The notes below the pieces were generated by a model that ran no database searches, was not told the origin of the DNA, and saw only the letters and a program-made list of their open reading frames with translations. This document shows positions 1 to 5,826 of a DNA stretch of 7,894 nucleotides, piece after piece. Position 1 is the first letter of the stretch; the number at the start of each line of letters is the position of its first letter. The stretch spans positions 62,513-70,406 of the forward strand of contig CAYHAA010000003.1 in the NCBI GenBank assembly GCA_964354495.1, in the 5' to 3' direction. Made by a program: the position numbers and the translations under genes. The DNA comes from an uncultured archaeon. Lineage in GTDB: Archaea > Asgardarchaeota > Thorarchaeia > Thorarchaeales > Thorarchaeaceae.

Positions 1-644
1 TCAGTCTGTCTAAGAGAGGGAATGCGATTGCTCACTCGTTCAATTGCGCGATTCCATTCACGCAGGTCTCTCAGTCTGGCCCAGTCACAGAGACCCTCAA
101 CTCTCTCAAGGTTATCAGAGAGAGTCCACGCATGACTAAAGCCATAGATGTTCATATTGATATCCGAGCGCACTGCATCATGACCCTTCCAGAGGATACT
201 GCCCGCGATTCCGAGGGCACTCAGGGGAATCTCAAGTTCATCATGAAGAGTCTCAGCAGCTCTCTTCACCGTATCTTCTAGGCTGTCACGGGGACCCTCC
301 AGAATCTCGGTGAGTCGCTGTTCTGGACTGAAGTACTCTCTGATTATATCGCGGGGAGGCTCAACGAGTTGTGTCCTGAAATGATTGTCCTCGATGATGT
401 AGTCCTTCGGGAGGATAGCCATTCCTTCAACTGTCGACTCGACACTCCCCCAGAATGCACGCCTGTATCGGATGCCTCCAGCCGTCCATGTACCGTCTTG
501 ATTTGGGACATACTTGAGGTATGACAACACTCTGTCAAGAGGCTGGATATAGCCAAGCACTACGAACAGCCTGTTCTCATGGTCTCTGAAGATATCACGA
601 TCTCGGACCCTATCCGGCAGTCCAACAACAGCAGGGTTCGACAC
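1..644 (-). CDS. Archaeal nucleotidyltransferase-domain protein (Pol-beta superfamily, AF1967/COG1665-like); 3' end runs off the window
   Basis: Not in the ORF track; translated by hand. GTG at 644-642, GAGGT 8 nt upstream (653-657), in-frame TGA at 660-662 bounds the 5' end, and there is no stop down to base 1 (214 codons). Sequence begins MSNPAVVGLPDRVRDRDIFRDHENRLFVVLGYIQPLDRVLSYLKYVPNQDGTW and contains LGIAGSILWKGHDAVRSDINMNIYG, an hG[GS]x11Dh(D>N)h signature. The RDRD..F.V.GY..P..RV...LKYVP N-terminus is typical of this archaeal family as I recall it. Confidence 0.85.
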   Translation of the reverse strand, partial: MSNPAVVGLPDRVRDRDIFRDHENRLFVVLGYIQPLDRVLSYLKYVPNQDGTWTAGGIRYRRAFWGSVESTVEGMAILPKDYIIEDNHFRTQLVEPPRDIIREYFSPEQRLTEILEGPRDSLEDTVKRAAETLHDELEIPLSALGIAGSILWKGHDAVRSDINMNIYGFSHAWTLSDNLERVEGLCDWARLRDLREWNRAIERVSNRIPSLRQT

Positions 645-739
645 GTCTTCAGACCTCGGTCAAAGGAATCAGCAGACAGTTACATAGATTAGAGAGACAA
701 TAGTGTGGCTTTGCCTGCTATGGAACTGGAGCTATAGTA

Positions 740-1960
740 ATGAAGATTCTCCATCTGTGTGACAGCCTTAATCCTGCCGGTCTTGGGGGCTATGAATCGT
801 ACCTTCGCTACTTGTCACAGCAGTTGGCAGAGAGAGGACATGAGTCGGTGGTGGTCACACAGGCACCCAGGAATGACACGCCAGACTGCATCATTCGTGC
901 TAACTACAGAGTGCTGTATCTCCGCGGCAATCTGCTCGAAGCAAGAAAGTGGATGTTCTATGCTCTTCCCGAGGAGGACCGTGAACTGGAAGCAACTCGG
1001 ATGTTCGGGAAGGATGACCTTGAATTGAATGTTCGGGCTCTAAGCAAGCAACTTCTGGGTGTCATCCAGGAGTTCAGTCCAGACATCATCCACGCACACA
1101 GCACCTATGTCGTATTCAATCGGGTTCTGTTGAATCTGAGAGAGGAGGGCCTGTTGAATGGTGTTCCCATTCTTGTGACAATCCATGGACGGCCAAAGCC
1201 TCTGATACTACCCGGCGGCAAAAGAACAACAGACTATGATGAGTTCTGTGAGGCACTCCCATTCAGTCTCATTCTGGGCGTCAGTCAGAATGTTACGGAT
1301 TCGCTGAAACACACACTGCAAGAGAGAAGAAGCGCTATCCCGGTACACACTCTGTACCTCGGAATCGACCTCAAGGTCTTCTCTCAACGACGTAGAAACA
1401 AGAAGATTTGGGATATTGCATACATGGGACGACTTGAGAAGATGAAGGCAGTCGATCTCTTTCCGGAGATGCTCTCAATGCTCAAAAAGGAGAATCCAAC
1501 TCTGAGGTTCTTGATGACGGGAGATGGCTCTCTGAGAGAGGGCCTGCTACATCAGTTTGAAGCCAAGGGAGTGTCAGACTTGGTCGAATATCGTGGTGTC
1601 GTAGAAGCTGAAGAGGTACCGAATCTTCTCAATCAGAGTCGTATCTTCATCTATCCTTCGAGAGAAGAGCCCTTTGGACTGTCCATTCTTGAGGCCATGG
1701 CATGTGGAGTACCCGTAGTTACAAGTAACATCTTTGGACCAAGTGAAATCCTTACAGATAACGTTGATGGAATCATGGTGGTACCTGACAGTGTCAAGGA
1801 ACTGACCGATGGCATTCATCAATTACTACACAATGATGCGCTTCGGGCGACTCTAGCCAAGAATGCCAGAAAGACGGTCGAGTCAAAATTCGACATCAGA
1901 CATCACTGTGACAAGCTTCTCAGAGTCTATCATGACTTGATTCATGCTCAAAAGAAGTGA
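740..1960 (+). CDS. Glycosyltransferase family 4 (GT-B fold, retaining)
   Basis: 406 aa. N-terminal MKILHL...GGYE...L...L..RGH, DIIHAH, YMGRLEKMKAVD, and the GT4 E-x7-E motif EPFGLSILEAMACGVPVV (1667-1693 for E..E). GGAG at 728-731, 8 nt before the ATG. Confidence 0.95.
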   Translation: MKILHLCDSLNPAGLGGYESYLRYLSQQLAERGHESVVVTQAPRNDTPDCIIRANYRVLYLRGNLLEARKWMFYALPEEDRELEATRMFGKDDLELNVRALSKQLLGVIQEFSPDIIHAHSTYVVFNRVLLNLREEGLLNGVPILVTIHGRPKPLILPGGKRTTDYDEFCEALPFSLILGVSQNVTDSLKHTLQERRSAIPVHTLYLGIDLKVFSQRRRNKKIWDIAYMGRLEKMKAVDLFPEMLSMLKKENPTLRFLMTGDGSLREGLLHQFEAKGVSDLVEYRGVVEAEEVPNLLNQSRIFIYPSREEPFGLSILEAMACGVPVVTSNIFGPSEILTDNVDGIMVVPDSVKELTDGIHQLLHNDALRATLAKNARKTVESKFDIRHHCDKLLRVYHDLIHAQKK

Positions 1961-2067
1961 TGGCCGAAACCAGTGCCTAAGAGATTGAATATCGTTGCTC
2001 ATTCCTCCTAGATTCTCTTGTCTATACTGCAACTGGCAAGATCTGCTATAGGCCTGCTTAGGTCTCG

Positions 2068-2085
2068 TTAGAACACGTGTTCTAA
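2068..2085. repeat. Perfect 18-bp palindrome TTAGAACACGTGTTCTAA
   Basis: Identical to its own reverse complement (checked base by base). Lies in the 267-bp gap between the convergent GT4 and ECF S-component genes. Confidence 0.9.
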
Positions 2086-2133
2086 ACCAGGAACGTTGAA
2101 CCAGATTTGAGAAAGAATGAAGAAAAGGCAGAA

Positions 2134-2154
2134 TGTGGGGTAAACCACCCCGCA
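2134..2154 (+). terminator. Possible hairpin TGTGGGGT-AAACC-ACCCCGCA in the convergent intergenic region
   Basis: 8-bp stem with one G-U pair on the + strand and a 5-nt loop. No U-tract follows on +, so a terminator role is tentative. Confidence 0.25.
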
Positions 2155-2227
2155 GTTGGCAGCATTACAGGAGATTTCTTTATAGAAAGACCAGTCAGTG
2201 CAGTCATATCCCTCTGAAAGATGCTTC

Positions 2228-2845
2228 TCAGCTTGGACTTATGTGAGATCCTACTTCAGCAGCGAACCACTGCCAAAACCTCGCAAATAGGGGAGTCAGC
2301 AAGAAGACCGATGGTATACCTAATGTCAGTAATGGTAGCAGCTGAAATCCTATAGCAACGAGAACTGCTATTCCCTCCACAAGAAGACCAATGACTGTGT
2401 ATAGTAGAGCTGAGAAGGCCATACCGATTACAGAAAGAATCGACAACTTTGCAAGTGAACGACCTCTAGTGAAATCGTAGCTTGCTAGACCTGCAACTAG
2501 TCCAAGAAATCCAAACGCAACACCATATAGAGTGAATGCTACCATTCCCCCTGCCAAGAAGATGCTGACTAGCAGTTCTCCAATATAGCCGGTCAGAAAG
2601 CCGGCTATCGGTCCTCTAATAGCACCGACTACAGCAATCACTGCCAAAGCTGGAACAAGGCCCAGTGAAAAGAGACCGACTGCCAGGTAGGGCATGAAAA
2701 TCATTTGGAGGGCCAGATAAATCACTACGCCAAGAAGGATTGCCAGAAGTGTCCACATGGCTGCATTCGTGTTCTGAAGGTGTAGTTTCTCTCTCACTGA
2801 CTTCTTAGAGGTTTCTCTGGAATCGATGATCGTTTCTTCTGACAT
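2228..2845 (-). CDS. ECF transporter substrate-binding S component (UPF0397/MtsA-like), about 6 TM helices
   Basis: Hydrophobic protein of about 205 aa with PALAVIAVVGAIRGPIAGFLTGYIG, the S-component ...A..G...GP..G...G..G pattern. The ORF track starts at GTG 2854. ATG 2845 is preferred because GAGGTG (2857-2852) lies 6 nt upstream, overlapping the stop of the preceding gene. Confidence 0.8.
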   Translation of the reverse strand: MSEETIIDSRETSKKSVREKLHLQNTNAAMWTLLAILLGVVIYLALQMIFMPYLAVGLFSLGLVPALAVIAVVGAIRGPIAGFLTGYIGELLVSIFLAGGMVAFTLYGVAFGFLGLVAGLASYDFTRGRSLAKLSILSVIGMAFSALLYTVIGLLVEGIAVLVAIGFQLLPLLTLGIPSVFLLTPLFARFWQWFAAEVGSHISPS

Positions 2846-2855
2846 CTCTCTCACC

Positions 2856-4475
2856 TCACATTATGACAAGATGGTATGTTCCCGGCTCCAGGGATAGTGT
2901 ATAGTCACTGCCACCTGCTGACACCAATTCAGCAAACTGGCTTCCACCACTGTACGCTATGGGTAAGGACCCAAAGTTGCTGAATGTCAAAGTCGCGGTC
3001 TGGTCAACCTCGATATTGAGAACGAATCCTTCTTTCACAGGATCCCACTCAGCCTGATAGACCCAGATGTTGTCATCATCTGCTGCACTGATAAATGGAT
3101 AACTCCAGAACTCTGATGGACGTGCATCTCCAAGGTCTCTTATTGTCACTGGGAATGTTCCCCAAGTCCCAAGACCAGTTGAAACTGGCTGGAGCATTGG
3201 GTACAGTGACGCTATACCATCCTCGTAATGCATAGCTCTGCCATCTTCTGACCAGATCTGGTTGCTAGGGCCCAGCCAGAAGTTCCTAAGTCGCTCCACC
3301 GTCTGTGTGTCCCCTCTCTGATTTGCCAGTGCCATCGTGAAGAAACTCCCAAGCACAGTGTCCAAATCGGTGAAGCTGCCCGGCTGGTTGTATGATCCCA
3401 GCATGTACATCTTGCTGCTTGAGAGGTCTCTGCCGTAGACCTCTATGAATCGTTCATAGTCGTTGATGGTCTCGTTCTCTTGGGTGTATTCAAGAAACAT
3501 CATCGCCCAGGAGGCACCATATGAGGAGACAGCAAGTTGATCGCCCTGCATAGTTGGTCGGGGGTAGTCATCAAGTGAATCATTGGAGCCCTTGTGTGGT
3601 GATACAAGATAGCTGTGAGCAAAGAGATTGTATCGGTCCTGCATCACCGTGTTAGCAAAGTTGAGTCCATAATCCCACATTCCACTCTCCATGTAGCTCT
3701 CTCCGTAGAGATTGTCGAAGAGCTCTGTCGTGAGGATAGGAATGCTGTTGCACTGGATGAATACAATATATGGCTCACAGGGAATGAGACCCACTCCCCA
3801 GATTCCTCCCTCCTTGGGATTGCCATAGCCATCGGTAGTCAATGAGTTGTTCCAGTCATCGATGAACCAGTTGATTTCATCTGTAAACTCGCCAGTGTTG
3901 AAATTGCGCTCAAAGAGAGCCATCATCAATGCATAGTGTCCTGTCCACATGATGTTTGCTGGACCTCGAAAACCTCCTACAAAGAGATCTGTGGGGTCAT
4001 TTGGATCAGGATAGTAATACTCATCCCAGTTTGATTGTACCCATTCCCAATACTCGATAGAGTCGTTTCCATACTCTTCATCAGCAATCGTTGTATTCAT
4101 CATCTTGACTAGTGAATAGGCAACATCCCGATAGGCGGATGAACGATACCCAGGTGTGGTCTCAAAGAGCATTGACAGAGTGTAGGTGGTGAAAGCAGCC
4201 AAATAGTGCCGACCACCCTTGAAGCCATCCGCATACCAACCATCCCAGGAGTTGTATTCACGGTCTGTGGTGAGGGTGGTGAAGTAATTGAACATGCCAA
4301 TCTGATCTTTGTTGAGAGCCCGATAATCAGCAAAATTGAATGTGACCCCATCGATAGTCTGAACACTCACTGATGCAGGAGGGGTTGGAAGATTTCCAAA
4401 TGTCATTCCTGCGAAGACTATGGTGATGGTGAGGACTGCAAGTATGAACTTATTCTGTTTCAGAATCTGGGACAT
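2856..4475 (-). CDS. Exported or membrane-anchored linalool dehydratase/isomerase (LinD/Ldi)-family protein with a C-terminal extension
   Basis: 539 aa. Collinear matches to Castellaniella defragrans LinD (recalled sequence): ANIMWTGHYALMMALF vs ENIMYKGHLNLMYGLY; LIPCEPYIVFIQCNSIP vs GIVCEPDNYFVQCNSVA; FDNLYGESY vs YDRLHGTDY; VSSYGASWAMMFL vs ISAYTTAWTLAMV; LGSFFTMALANQRGD vs LASAFTLLLAREMGD. N-terminal K-led hydrophobic helix (KFILAVLTITIVFAGMTFG) and five N-x-S/T sequons (NTT, NDS, NNS, NDS, NET). Confidence 0.88.
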   Translation of the reverse strand: MSQILKQNKFILAVLTITIVFAGMTFGNLPTPPASVSVQTIDGVTFNFADYRALNKDQIGMFNYFTTLTTDREYNSWDGWYADGFKGGRHYLAAFTTYTLSMLFETTPGYRSSAYRDVAYSLVKMMNTTIADEEYGNDSIEYWEWVQSNWDEYYYPDPNDPTDLFVGGFRGPANIMWTGHYALMMALFERNFNTGEFTDEINWFIDDWNNSLTTDGYGNPKEGGIWGVGLIPCEPYIVFIQCNSIPILTTELFDNLYGESYMESGMWDYGLNFANTVMQDRYNLFAHSYLVSPHKGSNDSLDDYPRPTMQGDQLAVSSYGASWAMMFLEYTQENETINDYERFIEVYGRDLSSSKMYMLGSYNQPGSFTDLDTVLGSFFTMALANQRGDTQTVERLRNFWLGPSNQIWSEDGRAMHYEDGIASLYPMLQPVSTGLGTWGTFPVTIRDLGDARPSEFWSYPFISAADDDNIWVYQAEWDPVKEGFVLNIEVDQTATLTFSNFGSLPIAYSGGSQFAELVSAGGSDYTLSLEPGTYHLVIM

Positions 4476-4534
4476 GGTGTTTCACTTCACTGATTCAAGG
4501 CACTTTCATGGTATTCGGGAGTCTGATTTGTTGA

Positions 4535-4565
4535 CCACGCGTGGCATAAATAGTTTACACTTTTC
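4535..4565. promoter_or_regulatory. Candidate divergent promoter core: 10-bp palindrome CCACGCGTGG next to AT-rich CATAAATAGTTTACACTTTTC
   Basis: The only AT-rich TATA-like patch in the 157-bp gap between the divergent LinD-like and GNAT genes. Palindrome at 4535-4544. Confidence 0.3.
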
Positions 4566-4632
4566 AAGAACAATCGTCCGTCGACTGGTATCCCTGCTTC
4601 AAGTAGGCCATCAATAGACCCGCATTCTAAGA

Positions 4633-5049
4633 GTGAGAGAGAAATCACGGAGAGTTGTAAGAGGAAGGCTCGGGAAGAATTTTGATAACCACGTCGCAGC
4701 TCTTCTCAAGAAGTATCCGCATACGAATGTTCAATTGGTCATCAAGAACGATGATGGGAAGGTGATTGGAGGGCTCGACGGCTATTCGGTCCTTGGAACT
4801 ATGACCGTCGACGAGAGATATCGGGATCAGGGTTATGGGAAGGATCTCTTGATGTATGCTGAGAGAGCCGCTAGGGAGAGGAGATGCATCGCTCTTCAGA
4901 CGGCGTGCTTCTCGTTTCAGAACCTTGAGTTCATGAGGAACTATGGATTTGATACCTTTGGCGCGTCGGACGTGTATCCTAGGGGAGTGAAGGAGTACTA
5001 TCTCATCAAGAGACTCAAGAAACAGCAGGACCGGTCTTGTGCTACCTAG
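4633..5049 (+). CDS. GNAT-family N-acetyltransferase (possibly with a short internal deletion)
   Basis: 138 aa from GTG. VIGGL.G, motif A VDERYRDQGYGKDLL..AE..A (R-x-x-G-x-G acetyl-CoA loop), then motif B TACFSFQNLEFMRNYGF and C-terminal YP.G...YYLIKRL. No clear RBS, so the start is uncertain. Confidence 0.88.
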   Translation: MREKSRRVVRGRLGKNFDNHVAALLKKYPHTNVQLVIKNDDGKVIGGLDGYSVLGTMTVDERYRDQGYGKDLLMYAERAARERRCIALQTACFSFQNLEFMRNYGFDTFGASDVYPRGVKEYYLIKRLKKQQDRSCAT

Positions 5050-5217
5050 AATATAAGTATGCTAGGAATCAATATGCCACTAGTATCTGCAAATCATAGA
5101 GTGATGGCAGGCAAATAGGGTGTAAACAAGTAAAGCGTGATGTTTTGTACATTTCCTCAACAGAAGAACCGCTTATCTTGCGAAGAGATATGATTACGAT
5201 AGGGCGTGTGAACTGGG

Positions 5218-5772
5218 TTGCAGCGAAGGTTGAGAGTTTTTTCGGCCATTGGGCACAAGAATCTCATTCTGCTTATCGTGGCACTGTTAGCACCTGAGTT
5301 TGTAGGATTTCAACACCTTGTGTGGCTGCCGGGATTCACTCATGATACATTCAAGATGACGTCAATCACATGGACCCTGACTTACTCTGATTGGTTCTCT
5401 AGCGTTGAAGGAGCACTGAATGGATGGCTGTTCTTGCCCAACTTGACATTTGCTATGCCGATTGCTCTCTACTTGCTTCTTGTGATATCGGTAACACGCC
5501 TGGTTTTTGTAGCTGTAGTGTTTCTCCACAGAGAATGCGGAGTCGACGAGTCAATACTAATCGTTGTGGGCATATTGTTATCTGGCATCAGTGTTGTAGG
5601 CTGTGCATATTCAATGACGGCGAATGTGATCTATGGAATTCCTCCCGGAGGCCCTCTACTTTCCATTCGCGCCCCTGATTTTGATGCAAGGCTTTTCGTT
5701 CCGACCCCAATACTTCTGGTAGCAGGATTACTTCTCTCAAAGAAACAGAATTCGTCAGATGTGGAAGCCTAA
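5218..5772 (+). CDS. Hypothetical integral membrane protein (about 4 TM segments)
   Basis: 184 aa from TTG, the first start after an in-frame TGA at 5209-5211; GTGTGA lies 6 nt upstream. Hydrophobic segments NLILLIVALLAP, IALYLLLVISVTRLVFVAVVFL, ILIVVGILLSGISVVGCAY, FVPTPILLVAGLLL. No family recognised. Confidence 0.7.
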   Translation: MQRRLRVFSAIGHKNLILLIVALLAPEFVGFQHLVWLPGFTHDTFKMTSITWTLTYSDWFSSVEGALNGWLFLPNLTFAMPIALYLLLVISVTRLVFVAVVFLHRECGVDESILIVVGILLSGISVVGCAYSMTANVIYGIPPGGPLLSIRAPDFDARLFVPTPILLVAGLLLSKKQNSSDVEA

Positions 5773-5791
5773 ACGACAAGGCCAGAGAGGA

Positions 5792-5806
5792 TCTTAGCAT
5801 CTAAGA
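5792..5806. repeat. Inverted repeat TCTTAG-CAT-CTAAGA between convergent genes
   Basis: 6-bp perfect arms with a 3-nt spacer in the 54-bp gap between the 5218-5772 (+) and 5827-6324 (-) genes. Confidence 0.4.
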
Positions 5807-5826
5807 CACCGATGAGATTGCACTTC

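Noticed and set aside
344-556. 70-aa minus-strand ORF from the ORF track
   Set aside because: It lies out of frame inside the longer 644-to-1 nucleotidyltransferase ORF and has no recognisable motif.
759-1822. ORFs 759-1028 (+) and 1574-1822 (-)
   Set aside because: Alternate-frame and antisense shadows within the well-supported GT4 gene.
1883-2009. Minus-strand AGGAGGA immediately followed by ATG 2002, opening a 39-aa ORF antisense to the GT4 3' end
   Set aside because: The RBS-like motif has zero spacing to the ATG, and the peptide is mostly an antisense shadow with no motif.
2117-2175. ATGA...AAA-loop hairpin...GA resembling a SECIS element downstream of TGA-ending genes
   Set aside because: The helix between the ATGA/GA quartet and the apical loop does not pair. 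Readthrough of the GT4, ECF or LinD-like TGA codons gives only short or meaningless extensions with no Sec-type motif.
3615-4366. ORFs 3615-3845 (+), 3644-3832 (-) and 4109-4366 (-)
   Set aside because: They overlap the LinD-like CDS in other frames and are not protein-like.
4420-4632. 65-aa ORF in frame with the GNAT and separated from it by a single TAG (4615-4617), suggesting pyrrolysine/amber readthrough
   Set aside because: The upstream ORF overlaps the LinD-like start antisense and spans the promoter gap, and it shows no GNAT-like or other recognisable sequence. One in-frame TAG is expected by chance.
2788-4642. The 10-mer GTGAGAGAGA occurs three times (minus strand 2797-2788 and 2854-2845, plus strand 4633-4642), twice at ORF-track GTG starts
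   Set aside because: Low-complexity purine-rich sequence that overlaps RBS-like motifs or encodes V-R-E; there is no regular spacing or shared flank.
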